A stretch of 64,000 nt of DNA from Octopus sinensis (taxonomy: Eukaryota): assembly GCF_006345805.1 (NCBI RefSeq), contig NC_043024.1, positions 16,182,001 to 16,246,000 of the forward strand, read 5' to 3'. Below the pieces are notes generated by a model that saw only the letters and a list, made by a program, of their open reading frames with translations, was not told the DNA's origin and searched no databases. Each line of letters begins with the position of its first letter. Position 1 is the stretch's first letter. Shown here piece by piece: positions 25,570 to 39,165 of this stretch. The position numbers were made by a program, and so were the translations under genes.

Positions 25570-26295
25570 AAGTGCACATACACTCACACATACAAACATA
25601 GCTATCAACACAAATGCACCAAGAATTCAGATAAAAGTTGGAATATGATCCAGCTGCATGATCATCACATCCCCTGCAACAGGTGCAAACGTGTGCATGT
25701 TTCTGTATTAATTGTGAGCAGCTGAACTGCTGTCTGCATCTGGTTGTCAGTAACAACACTTGTAAATAGTAGCTGCATTGTGCAAAAATCTGCACACGTG
25801 CATTAATCATTATTTGCGTATCATATAAAATATGGTGCATTGCACAATATTTCTGGTTTGTTTCTCTTTTCTTCATTGCAGCTACATGCGTACATATCCA
25901 CACATGCATGTTAACATGTACATAGAACAGTAAGTGTACATGTGTCATTTGGAAGCTTCCTTCCAAATGATATGATTTCATTTTCCCTCCCACTGCATAG
26001 CATCTTGAACAAGTTTTTCTACTATAACCCAAAGCCAACCAAAACCTTGTTAATGGATTCGGTAGGTGGAAACTGAAAGAAACTCATTGTATATACATAT
26101 ATAGGCATGGCTGTGTGGTAAGAAGCTTGCTTCCCAACCACATGGTTCTGGGTTCAGTCCCACTGTATGTCACCTTGGTCAAGTGTCTTCTACTGTAGCC
26201 TCGAGCCAACCAAAGCCTTGTTAGTGGATTTGGTAGATGGAAACTGAAAGAAAATCATTGAATATATATATGTATGTGTATATCATCATCATCAT

Positions 26296-26332
<37 letters not shown>

Positions 26333-26618
26333 TGTGTGTTAAGAAGCTTGCTTCTCAATCACATGGTTTCGGGTTCAGTCCCACTGTGTGATACCATGGG
26401 CAAGTATCTTCTAATATAATCTCAGACTGACTGAAGCTTTGTGAGTGATTTGGTAGACGGAAACTGAAAGAAGCCTTATGTGTGTGTGTGTGTGTATGTG
26501 TGTGTGTGTGTGTCTCAGATGCAGCATGGAATTTTGTCAGTGAACAGATTGCAGTCTCAAAGTGACAAAAATATTTTGACAAATTAAATTTAAATGTTGA
26601 AGTGAATCTAATGGTTTT

Positions 26619-26679
<61 letters not shown>

Positions 26680-26992
26680 TATGTGAGATAGGAGTTATGA
26701 GTGTAACTCACTATGGGATATCAGTTATCCAATATACTGCTGGTGAAGTACTCAAAATGCAAATACATGAATGCTTATAATTGCAATGCAATTAATTCAT
26801 TTATTGTATCGGATGGGCGAAGGTAAAATATTTTACCTCAAATTCATAATACAAAATAAGAAAATGGAGGAATAGATTCCTTTCAATCATCGACTTAAGC
26901 AGTTAATAAATAATATGAATTGGTAATATCTGTAAGTCGATGATTGAAAAGGAATCTGTTCCTCCATTTTCTTATATATATATATATATATA

Positions 26993-27309
26993 TGGCACGT
27001 AAAAAGCACCATCCGTTTGTGGCCATTACCAGCCTCGCCTGGGCCCCGTGCCGGTGGCACATAAAAAGCACCATCCGATCGTGGCCATTTGCCAGACTCG
27101 TCTGGCACCTGTGCAAGTGGCACGTAAAAAGCACCCACTACACTCATGGAGTGGTTGGCGTTAGGAAGGGCATCCAGCCGTAGAAACATTGCCAGATCAA
27201 ACTGGGCCTGGTGCAGCCTTCTGACTTCCCAGACCCCAGTTGAACCGTCCAATCCATGCTAGCATGGAAAGCGGACGCTAAACGATGATGATGATGATGA
27301 TGATGATGA

Positions 27310-27312
<3 letters not shown>
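26993..27312 (+). mobile_element. RTE-type 3' UTR repeat
   Basis: Same motif set and (GAT)n tail. Confidence 0.85.
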
Positions 27313-27345
<33 letters not shown>

Positions 27346-27772
27346 TCTTTTATTCTTTTGCTTGTTTCAGTCATTTGACTGTAGCCATGCTGGAGCATCA
27401 CCTTAACGGGTCTTTTTAGTCAAAGAAATTGACTCCAGGACTTATTCTTTGAAAGTCTTGTACCTATTCTGTGGGTCTCCTTTGCCGAACTGCTATGTTA
27501 TGGGGATGTAAACACACCAGCATCGGTTATCAGATGATGGTGTGGGGACAAACACAGACACACCTTTTGTTGTTATTGCGCAGTCTAAGGTTAGTTCTGA
27601 TTGACCTAACTAATGATAAAAGGGTTGAAATAGTGAACATTGCATTATTTTTTTGTTTATGATGGGACTATATTGTCAAAGTGATTTGAGAGAAATTAAG
27701 GTGCTGTTACAAGCAATTGGAATGACCATTCAGAGAGGGTCCCTTAACTATTGTTGTTTATCTTCAGGTTAA

Positions 27773-27992
27773 CCCTTAAACATTCGGATTACTCTGTTAA
27801 ATGTAAAGCTTATTTATATACATTCTTTCAAATTAATCCTGCATTATCTCATAGCTTTGGGATTGCAATGATGTGATTGTTTATTTTTAGGATGACATTG
27901 TAGGATAAATATGAGAGGCTGGATCTAGCAGTTTTGAGTATAAATCAGGTAGAATATTTAGGCTAGATGTGACCAGTTTAAATGTTAAAGGG
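27773..27992. mobile_element. TTAA-type MITE, second family
   Basis: TTAA-CCCTTAAACATT ... AATGTTAAAGGG; right TSD decayed. Confidence 0.65.
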
Positions 27993-28901
27993 TGCAATCT
28001 GATTGATTAGACCTATGATAAAAAAAATGTTCCATCTATTTGTGTATCCAAGACTACAAACCATATTGTCCAATTTTCCTACTTTTTTAAAGACTAGTAG
28101 TGTGTAGGTTGACTGATAACTCAAATTTTAACAGTGAAATTGTTTTGTACTTAAAGAGAAGAGCAGTAACTAGTGTTGAAATATTTCTAAATTTATGGAT
28201 ATGCATCTAATTTTTGTGGCTTTATGTTTGGACTATTCAAAAAAAAAGCATAAGTGAATTTACGAGTTATAGAATTTAGTTAAATTAAAGGAAATTGTGA
28301 CATTCTAAAATCGTGAGGTAATATAAAATTATGCAAACTTGATGAAATTCTTGAAGTGGGAGGAATGTTATTAAATTAGTGAAGTGAACTGAGGATGACA
28401 TGGAATTAAAATAGATTAGGAGAAAAATCAGAAAAATGTTAATCATTGTAGAAGAGCAAAAGGGATTTGCAGTTATGTTAACAATATTTTGAAGTGAGGA
28501 TTGCTAATCATGTTATGCTATGTGACAAGAGAGAACGAGGTTAAAGAAATATATGAGTATGTAAGTTAAATTAAAAATATTTCAATGTATTCTAAGTAAC
28601 TGAAGTCAAAATAATCCTTCATTTAGAAGAAGATTAAAGAAGCATACTCAAAAATGTGATCTGAGAAATGAGAAAGGAAGAAAAAATGTTTTGAAGATCT
28701 AATAAGAACATGCAGAACTGATAGGGCTACTCAAAGGTGCATATATAAATGTATGCATATACGCACACACAGTTATACATACATGCATATATATATATAA
28801 GTTCAGCAAAAATTTAGATTCAAATGAATATGGTACTTAATTTGGATGCACCAGAATTCTGTATGGTGTTATCCATAAAAATCCAATAAGCTTATTTTGA
28901 T

Positions 28902-28937
<36 letters not shown>

Positions 28938-28947
28938 ATATATACAT

Positions 28948-28983
<36 letters not shown>

Positions 28984-29619
28984 CCACACATGTACACATA
29001 AACATCAACATATACTTGTATACCCACTAATATTCATGCGTATCTGCAACACCACACATTCACACATACATATACATATATACATGCAGATATATATCTA
29101 TACAAGCACAGGTACACTCAATCTTATGATTTATGTCAATTTGGATGGTGGCATTTATGTAAAGGTCAGGTCATGCACTAACAAATCTATTTTTCTTGTA
29201 ATTAACTGTACTTTTACATATTTAAAAAATTTTGTGATGTCACTTTGTCAGATGTTCCACTAACATAATCCAAATACTTGTTTCATTGCTGAACCATCGG
29301 CAACTAAATTACAAAAACCATTCAAGAACTCTCATCCTGGTCTGTGGAGGGTAAATGGACACCTTGAAAGGACAATAGAGAATGCCTATTTATGAATGCT
29401 GTCTAAACAGTTCTGAACCCTCTTAAATCACAACTCTGAGTCTCACGATTTGAGTTGTTAAAAGTGATTTCTGATGAGTAACAGAGAAACAGTCTTCAGG
29501 CAAAGCTATTCAAAATCAGATCAAATTATGATTGGTTATAATAATTAGTTATCATGATTGGTTATTACAATTGGTTATTAAGGTTGGTTATTATGATTTG
29601 TTATTATGATTGGTTATTA

Positions 29620-30185
29620 TTGGGTTGTCCGGAAAGTTCGTGTCGATTTATAGTAGCTTACCTTTTGACTTATTTTAGAACGTGTTTGAGTCCATAAAAT
29701 AGGATTTGACTACACCACCATTTAGAGCACAGTTTAAGCTATCTTTTTGTGGAAGAAGGTTTATGTTCCTATAACCTGTGTTAATTCTGTAACCCTTTAA
29801 AATGGAAGCTAAGAAAGTTCATTTTTGGCACTTGATGCTTTGGGAACCAGACAAAAATTGCTGCAGCTCGGCTGGGATGTGTTACTCCACCCTCCATATT
29901 CACCAGATATTGCTCCTTCGGATTTCCACTTATTCAGGTCTCTGCAGAGTAGTCTTAATGATAAAAATTTCAATTCCTTGGATGACATAAAAAGATACCT
30001 TGATGAATTCTTTGCCATGAAACTACCTCAATTCTGGGAAGAGGGTATTTTCAAGTTAAAGGAAAGATGGAGATGCATTGTGCAACAAAATGGTTCATAT
30101 TTGGTTGATTAAAAATGTAATGGCAAGTATTTATTGACCTTTTTCTTTCCTTTAAAACTTGGCACGATCTTTCTGGACAACCCAA
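29620..30185 (+). mobile_element. Internally deleted mariner, copy 4
   Basis: TIRs, TA flanks, same junction; ORF 29825-30112. Confidence 0.95.
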
Positions 30186-30239
30186 TAGTACATTGAAATT
30201 GCGTATAAAATCTTTTGGAAAACATTTTAATCTATTCAT

Positions 30240-31900
30240 TACCAAGTGCAGAAACTCGTGATATTCTCATGTGAGAAAATATTTTCTTCTTTTTAGTTTT
30301 TATTGATGAACACCTGAATATTTTTAAACATGGGACAACCTTTCAGCATAGGATATTGAAAAATCAATTAATTAACAAAAGATATTTGCTTCCTTGTTAC
30401 TGTGAGAAATTTCCCATTAAACAGTGATGGAAGTGTCTACAAGAATTCACCAGTTGTGGTCTTTTGTTCAAAATTGTAAAATGTTGCAGTAAAATATTGT
30501 ACTTCTTGGAGTGTTATTGATTGTTTCTCCTAGAACTGATAAAAGGAGTCAACTGATCTTACAATTGTTATTATCTTTTAGACATCAGATATATTTAAAT
30601 AGTGAAGTACCAAGCATCTGAGTGTTTGAATGTATATATAAATTGCAAAAATTTATTTTTTCTTTGGAAGATTTTCAGAGAGCCAAAATAGCTTTCTTAT
30701 TCCACTGTCATTTGCAAGAAAAAGTTCAGTAAGACAAATTCTTTAAAGTGCAGATATTGGGGTTGTTACAATTACAAAAAGATGAGGAATTTTGTGTGTC
30801 CATATTGGAAAGAATAAATATATACTGGCTCCAAAAGCAATGAAGATTTTTGTGCAACTGCTACTTTTACTAAACATCCGATTATATCTATTGTCTATGG
30901 AGAAATGTCTATGTAAAAATTTCAAAAGCTCCAAGTAATATAAGAAAAATCTCTTAAACTGTAGGATAATTGTATTACAGAATCTTTCATTCCATATTTT
31001 TTATATTTATGTATTTAGTGTTATTCCTTATGTAAAGAATTTTGTCTTTGAAGCCTCCATCATTAAATGGATCATTGCAATAATGAATAGCATCATCAAA
31101 AGATTCTTTGTTTGAGGCTATGTGTTCACTAATGTTACCGAGTTTGTGTAGAATGGTTGAAATTTATATAAGTGATCTATAATTTCTCATTAAGCTTATT
31201 AAAAAGACAGTATTTACTAATTGACAGTTCTTTCCAAGAAATTAATAATACTCAGATTCATATCAACTGTGATTTTTTAATCTAATTCTTTTGAAGATAT
31301 TGATAAACTCCTTCCTAATAAGAATCCATTGAATGGCCACTCATCTTTGCAGAATGAATAGTCAATCCTCACTGTAAAGATTGTCCTCAATAGATCAGAA
31401 CCTCTTCTGAAGTAAATCTAAATTTATAATCCTATTAATTCAAAATCCTTGACCATCATAAGATCTCATAGCTACATCAAACAATACCAGATCAATATGT
31501 TTACCTCCTCTACACACACATTCATAGCAAGAATTATTGTAAAATAGGATAGGTTTCTTAGAGTACATAATGATATTAATGTCATAATCACTAACTAGAA
31601 TAAAACATCGTATTTGGTTATTGCCAGAAAGAACTTTCCTCCTTCAAAATGCATTCATAAGAATGCTTATTACCTGGTATTACTGAACCACTGCTGATAA
31701 ATAGACTATTATTCCATAACAAAAGAAGAATGGCATGATTAATGTTAACCTGATAAAATCTAAAACTTTTTGCAATGGTTTCACCTATTTTACCTTCAAA
31801 TGGTTTAGTAATATGGATGATAATAATAATAAACATCATTGTAAATTCATGTAGTTTGAGCATGTTGAGTTTTGGCCATCTACTGTAGTAGCAGCGATAG
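30240..31900 (-). pseudogene. Highly degraded PLE RT-like region (tentative)
   Basis: Broken minus-strand motifs LVLFDVA and QR*VA..MDSILG..L.NIF.KELD resemble PLE RT motifs; many stops. Confidence 0.35.
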
Positions 31901-32858
31901 TAGTAATAGCTATACAGTTGTGTTAGATGGGATGCAGTCCATGTAAGAAGGGGGAAATTTTCTTCATGAAACAATGGAATAATTCCAACAGAAACATACC
32001 CAGTTATTTTACAGGAAATGTAGTAATAACAACCATCGTGTGTATCCTTTGCATTATTTCCACCAAATTGTTGTTCCTTGTGCGTTTATATAACAATGGA
32101 ACTACAGAGCAGGCAATGAAGGCATGCATGCAGCCAGCTCTTAGACTACCCTGCAACTCTACTGATTTATATATATATATTATAGAGATTTTCTGTTTCC
32201 TCTTTGCTGTCAGCAGGAGGTCCTTGCTTTGAGGAGCTTCAGTCGTGATTTCCGTTTTCTCTTTCTCTGGTGCTTCATACCCTTCAGCAATTCTTTCATC
32301 TCTTATTTCTCCTCTTTTTACCCAGCAGGAAACTTCCTATCATATAATAATGTATGGTCTGTCTTAACATTACCAACAAACATCTACATTTACTCCAATT
32401 AATGTCTTCTTTACTCTTCTTTCAACATTTTCTTCTTTTCTCCTCCTCTTTCTTCTTGTCTTTCAACTTCTTTTATTCTAATTTCCTTTTCACTCTTTCC
32501 TTCATTTTCTCTTGTTTCATTCCCTCTGTTGTAAGGATTTTCTATTCTCCCTTCCTTTCTCTTTTTTTAGTTATTTCTTCTTTCTTTCCCTTTTTAATTA
32601 GCTATTCATTCTTTTTATTTCACATCTTTTCCTTTCCACAAGCATTTTCCTTCCCAGTTTCCTGATAATTTCCAACATTTCTCTCTCTTTCAACATATAC
32701 AAGCCTTTTCAAGAGTCACCTTTATAATCCTAAAACCATTTTCCCTTCTTTTAGTGAAAATGTGAAATGATAACAGCACACACACATTATGAGTGTGTGT
32801 GTGTGTGTGTGTAAAGAGTATTTAAAGTGGTGTACAGATATTGTATATCCAGGGAAAA

Positions 32859-33035
32859 GAGGCAGTCAGAATTTTGGATAATTCTTTATTAGTGCTTTCG
32901 TTCATTTAAACAAACTCTTCAAGACAAAAATTAAGACCAAAATGATCTTAATTTTGGTCTCAATTTTTGTCTTGAAGAGTTCGTTTAAACGAATGAAAGT
33001 GCTAATAAAGAATTATCCAAAATTCTTAGTGCCTC
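32859..33035. repeat. 177-bp palindrome containing two divergent HHR-like motifs (32885-32928 minus, 32966-33009 plus)
   Basis: Arms centred on 32947 with a 7-nt loop; TTTGT-CTTGAAGA-GTTCGTTTAAACGAAT-GAAA-GTGC-TA-ATAAA. Confidence 0.85.
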
Positions 33036-35457
33036 GTTTTCCTCCATATATATATGTATATATACACACACACACACACACATACATATATATGTATGCA
33101 TGTATGTGTATATATATATAGATGACAGGATATTTAGCATATGGAGTCTTTGCTCTGCACAACTTTCCAAAGCTGGGATATCTCAGAAACAGCTGTCACA
33201 GACTATCTCTACCTTTCATTATATAACTTAATTAAATTAAATGTCCTTGTTAAGTCTTGCCAATTGTTTACCTCCTCTTTTTACTTTAACCTATGCCTAT
33301 TGACTCAAAGGGAAGCCACTTCTAGCCACTTTGCAATTGTACTCACAAAACAGCAAATTTAACTGCTATTCACACCCGAATTTTAGTGGCATAGCTATTC
33401 AAGCTTTACTTAGCTAACACTAAGTAAAGCTTGTAGCATTTTATAAAAATATGATATTAGACTTAATTTCTCTTTTCAATTTTGTTTTTTCTCCATTATT
33501 TCAATATTATATCCTACTCAAATAAAGCTAAAAAGAGACAAACAAACTTAAAAGCAAGAAAAATAATGATTAAAAGGAGGATTCAAATTAATATGTTTTT
33601 GCTAAATTATAAAAACAAACACTATTAAATAGAATTAATTTTTGAAAAAATCGATATTGATAAATATATTTTATATATTATCAACAAATAAAAAAAATAT
33701 GTATGTAGAAATTCATCAATTATAACATTTCCTTGTTAGAAAAACAACAAATCTTTATTAACAAAAAGAAAAATGTTTTATCAAACTTTACCATAAACAA
33801 CATCACTGTGATCAGTGGCGTTTGATTAAAGTTTATGGTCTGCAATGCTGTCCTCTTTTCTTCATTACCTCGATTAGAACATAATTTATCATTTATTAGT
33901 TTATTTCCTTATAAACTTTCTAATACTTATTAATTTATATCAAAATTATTTTCTTCTTATTGTAGGATAAAGATAAGAGGAAATTAAAACAACTGTACAG
34001 GAAACAAAAATGCAAAATAAACAAACATCTTGGTAGATTAGAGTAAAAAAATTTCATTATGAAATAATTTAATCATTCAAAACAATTAATACTGATTTGT
34101 TGTTCAATGTTAGCTATGTGAGCACTGGATAATAACATTCACTTCAAGTCATCAATTTTGGGTTAAAATAGAATAGATTTAGGTCTGAATTAATGAAATT
34201 ATATTTTGTATTTAAAATATACACTTTATTTTGTCTCAGTTACACTAAGAAGCTATTTTTATATGAAACTCGTGGGAGACATATCTGCTGGGTCATTGCT
34301 GTCCCAGACTTAGTGTCTCCTTCAATAAATATTTACAAAACTGAGCATTCCTTTGAAATATCACATAAACCAAGAAAATATTTCCTTGTCCAAATATGGG
34401 GCAATAGCTTCCCAATACTTCCATAGTTGCTTCTAGTGAAAAGAAGATATCAAAGTTGTATGAGCTGTAGGCAACCTTAGTTAAATCCATGTCTTAATGT
34501 GGGTCATCTAGAGTTATCTCCCCTAGTCACATCGTTAACAACGAGGTGGCGCTCGTGAGATAGGGATAAAAAGATGCGCACAAGCAAGAACAGCCTCTTT
34601 TGCTGTCCAAAGCGGCTTGCTGCTAACTGCCTCGTCTCCCTCTCTGTTCCGGCTACTGGACTGCCCCACATTGATTTAAATTGAGTTGAATCCACTATAC
34701 CAGTCATGGAAGGCGGCAAGAAAAAACCCTTTTCTTATTCAACTTCCATTCTGTTCTGTTAAATGTTAATACACAAGCTGTGTACAAATGCTCTCCTCCT
34801 GGATTGGAATAAATACACCATGTACATGAAGGCTTCAAAAACTCATACGAATTATTGTTGTTTCTCACTGGATTAATTCCTACAGCTATCAAAGGATGTT
34901 GAAATGGATACTATGGCTTTTGGAGGTAAAAATTTCCCTACACGTTTTGTTTTAGCTTATACTCATGGGATGTATGGAATAAATTATGGTTCAAAATAGC
35001 GATATGAGAGAATCACCAGTAAAAGGTTGGAATCACTGCTCCAAACCATACATAGAATTTAACTTTGAGATTTAGATTCAACTGACACAAGAACACTTGT
35101 TGGTACCAATGTAGAAAGAAATCTTTCCCTGTTCAATTACCATCTTAACTCAACAGATATCAACAACAATATCAAATGGAATATTTTGTTTCAATAAACC
35201 TTACACCAGTGGAAACGGCCCCTGCTGACTTCCATGCATTTCTGGACATTACAAAATATTCTCTGGTTCTAATTCTTTTTCATTATCGTTCAAAAATATT
35301 TTCCCATGTAGAACCCATAGAACCTAGTGGCGCCCCCTGGCTTGTCTGTTCTTGTCAAAACATCCAACCCATGCCAGCGAGGAAAAAAGGATGTTAAATA
35401 ATGGTAACAATGATGATAATAATAATAATAACAATAATAATGATAATAATAATAATA

Positions 35458-36015
35458 GATGCTCTGATGCAGTACCAGGCAGTGGCTCTCATGGCTTCTG
35501 ATCTTAAGTAATTGGAAGTGTTATCATGTACATTGTTTTGTCTTGGTATAAAAGATGGGCTACAGCAAATATTCTGCTCAATACTACAGATTTGCTTGTC
35601 AGTTGTTTGACCGTAACCAGTTGAGCATGTCTCTTGGTGGCTGATGATATGTGCATCTCTGATCACGAGCAGACGTAGTGGGGGAGCATCATAGCCTTGT
35701 GTTGAGAGGGATTCTTTGGGGCTTGAATAATTCACCTCTGGAAACATGGGTGGTTCGTTCAACATCCTTAAACAACCCTTATTCAGGGACCTTTTGAGCG
35801 GGATGGGTTACTCAACCAGAAGAAAATTCTAATTGAGCTCCACCTGCAAGGTCATGTGCTGTTTATCTTGATATGAGATCACCATGTCGCGCACATATGG
35901 TTTTTGATGCATGTGCCTAGTTTACCCTTATCAGATGGGTAGTCATGATGGGTATACTGGGCTTCATATATTTTACCCCAGTGTCACTTTGATGGCATGC
36001 ACTGCTCTCTCACTC
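35458..36015 (-). mobile_element. Non-coding interspersed repeat in a (TAA)n tract
   Basis: Longer copy of 14391-14829. Confidence 0.7.
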
Positions 36016-36049
36016 GTTGATGATGATGATGATGATGATAATAATAATA

Positions 36050-36267
36050 ATCCTTTCTACTATAGGCAGAAGACCTGAAATTTGGTGGGAAGCAAGGCAG
36101 TTAATTAGATCAACCCCAGTATGCAACTGGTACTTAATTTATCGACCCGAAAGGATGAAAAGCAAAGTCGACCTCAGTAGAATTTGAACTCAGAATGTCA
36201 AGACAGTTGAAATGCCACTAAGAATTTTGCTTTGCGTCCTTAATGGTTCTACCAGCTTGCCACCCTT
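36050..36267 (-). mobile_element. SINE family B
   Basis: atcgacccgaaaggatgaaaagcaaagtcgacctc..gaatttgaactcagaa. Confidence 0.8.
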
Positions 36268-36268
36268 C

Positions 36269-36317
<49 letters not shown>

Positions 36318-36410
36318 TGATGATGATGATTTCAAATTTTTTCCCACAAGGGCTAAAAGGCTAGAATTAAGGTTCTTAGAACCCAATCTGGGATTATGTA
36401 CACATAATAA

Positions 36411-37220
36411 TACTCCTGATGACAGACAATCTGAGATCAAACTGATACTCCTGATGACAGACAATCTGAGATCAAACTGATACTCCTGATGACAGACAGT
36501 CTGAGATCAAACTGATACTCCTGATGACAAACAATCTGAGATCAAACTGATACTCCTGATGACAGACAAATCGGGGATCAAACTGATACTCCTGATGACA
36601 GACAATCTGATATCAAACTGATACTCCTGATGACAAACAATCTGAGATCAAACTGATACTCCTGATGACAGACAATCAGAGATCAAACTGATATTCCTGA
36701 TGACAGACAATCTGAGATCAAACTGATACTCCTGATGACAAACAATCTGAGATCAAACTGATACTCCTGATGACAGACAATCAGAGATCAAACTGATATT
36801 CCTGATGACAGACAATCTGAGATCAAACTGATACTCCTGATGACAGACAATCTGAGATCAAACTGATACTCCTGATGACAAACAATCTGAGATCAAACTG
36901 ATACTCCTGATGACAGACAATCTGAGATCAAACTGATAGTCCTGATGACAAACAATCTGAGATCAAACTGATACTCCTGATGACAGACAATCAGAGATCA
37001 AACTGATACTCCTGAGGACAAACAGTCTGAGATCAAACTGATACTCCTGATGACAGACAGTCTGAGATCAAACTGATACTCCTGATGACAGACAATCTGA
37101 GATCAAACTGATACTCCTGATGACAGACAATCTGAGATCAAACTGATACTGCTGATGACAGACAATCTGAGATCAAACTGATCAATTCTCCTGATGACAG
37201 ACAATCTGAGATCAAACCGA
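36411..37220. repeat. 35-bp minisatellite, about 23 copies
   Basis: Unit TACTCCTGATGACAGACAATCTGAGATCAAACTGA, near-identical copies, no spacers. Confidence 0.97.
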
Positions 37221-37877
37221 TCAAATTGTAAAGTAGATATAAATATTGATTTCTCCTAACAGCATTAGGTTGCAACATTCAGAGGAGGTGAGTGGGTGGG
37301 TTTACAATAAGTTAAACCAACTCTGATACATATCTAGAACTGCATTTTATTAACCCAGGAAGGATGAAAGGTAAAGTTAACATCACAAGTATTTCAAACA
37401 AAGAACATAAAAGGTTGTAATGTAGACATAACTATTAAGAAATATGTTTTCAGTTCAAAATAGTAAACAAAATGATAATCTTCTGGTTATTTGCTTTTAT
37501 GTCTATATTTATTTTCTCTTTTATATTTGTTTAAATGTCCATTTAAAATGATGGAGAAATATTTAGTAGATAAAAAGTTACTCATCTCTCAGATTTCAAT
37601 CTACAATTATTAATCTAATTTTAGGAACTCACAAACACACTAACACACCATGTGTATATAATCACACATCCATGAACACACAGACACATACGCACACACA
37701 CACACACACACACATAATGTGCATACCTAAATACACGCATATATACAGAAGAAATAATTCTAAACCTACAAAACACGAAAATATGATGCAATAACAAAAC
37801 AATATGCTTTGGTCAACAAAACAAAACGTCAAATATCTAAGCTCTAAATTAATACATCGTTTCCTATATTTTTATAC

Positions 37878-38285
37878 AGGCGTAGGAGTGGCTGTGTGGT
37901 AAGTAGCTTGCTTACCAACCACATGGTTCCAGGTTCAGTTTCACTGTGTGGCACCTTGGGCATGTGTCTTCTACTATAACCTCAGGCTGACCAAAGCCTT
38001 GTGAGTGGATTTGGTAGACAGAAACTGAAAGAAGCCCATCATATATATATATATATGTGTGTGTGTGTGTATATGTTTGTGTGTCTGTGTTTGTCTCCCC
38101 AACATCGCTTGACAACCGATGCTGGTGTGTTTACGTCCCTGTCACTTAGCGGTTCGACAAAAGAAACCGATAGAATAAGTGCTAGGCTTACAAAGAATAA
38201 GTCCTGGGGTCGATTTGCTCAGCTAAAGGTGGTGATCCAGCATGGCCGCAGTCAAATGACTGAAACAAGTAAAAGAGTAAAAGAG
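37878..38285 (+). mobile_element. SINE family A, full length
   Basis: Complete copy. Confidence 0.92.
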
Positions 38286-38307
38286 TATGTAAACAGTTCA
38301 TGCACAT

Positions 38308-38555
38308 TCATGAGGGTGGGCTGAAAAGTTCTTCGGCTTTCTATGAAGGAGTGATGCTAGAGCTTTGAAGTCTTGCATGCATTAATTTCAACTCTTCTTA
38401 TCAATAACTGCATTGTTCCTTTCCAGGTAAACTGAGATCTGACTGCTCAAAGAAGACTTCTAAAGTAACTGGTAGTGACAAAATTTGGCATTGTGGTGTT
38501 GGGGACTATGTTGGAAAATAAACATCACTTGATCATTTTCCACGAGTGTATCTTC
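38308..38555 (+). mobile_element. Mariner-type MITE/TIR fragment
   Basis: GAGGGTGGGCTGAAAAGTTC resembles a mariner TIR; no partner TIR seen. Confidence 0.4.
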
Positions 38556-38559
38556 ATCA

Positions 38560-39165
38560 GCCTATTCTACAGCTGGATGCCCTTCCTGAGAGTGCGATGG
38601 GTGCTTTTTCATGCCACCAGCATGGGTGCCATTTGCATGACACCAGTATCTGCCACGTCTATGGTTTTACTTGACTTGATGGGTCTTCTTCTCAGGCATG
38701 GCAGAATGCCAAAGGTCTTAGTCATTCGTCATTGCATCCATGAGGCCCAACACTCAAAAGGTGCATTTCATGTGCCACTGGCATTGCCCATCTTGGCCCC
38801 AAAATTCAAAGATCATGCTTCACCACCTCATCCCATATCTTCTTGGGTCTACCTCTACCACAGGCTCTCTCCACAGTTAGAGATCAGCACGTCTTTACAC
38901 AGCTGTCCTCAACCATACACATCACATGACCATACCAACATAGATGTCTCTCTTGCACACCATATCTAATGCTTCTTATGCCCAACTTTTCTCTCAAGAT
39001 GCTTACTCATTGTCATACACGGACACTGACTTTGCACATCCAGTGAAGCATACTGGCCTCATTTCTTTCAAGCCTATGTATGTCCTCAGCTGTCACAGTC
39101 CATGTTTCACTGCCATGTAGCATAGCTCTTCGCACACAGACATCATTCAATCTGCCATTAAACTC
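38560..39165 (-). mobile_element. RTE-clade LINE 3' fragment (end of RT ORF + 3' UTR)
   Basis: CVRRAMLHGSETW...ERNEASMLHWMC...WYGHV...GRPKKIWD, contiguous with the family C UTR. Confidence 0.88.

Noticed and set aside
29472-29505. CTGATGA...GAAA...TC motif
   Set aside because: No stem I or stem II pairing.
36411-37220. CRISPR-like or snoRNA-gene reading of the 35-bp array
   Set aside because: No unique spacers, eukaryotic context; boxes are too close for guide sequences.
38528-38562. Minus-strand CTGATGA...GAAA...TC
   Set aside because: Stem II cannot close at the core and there is no stem I.
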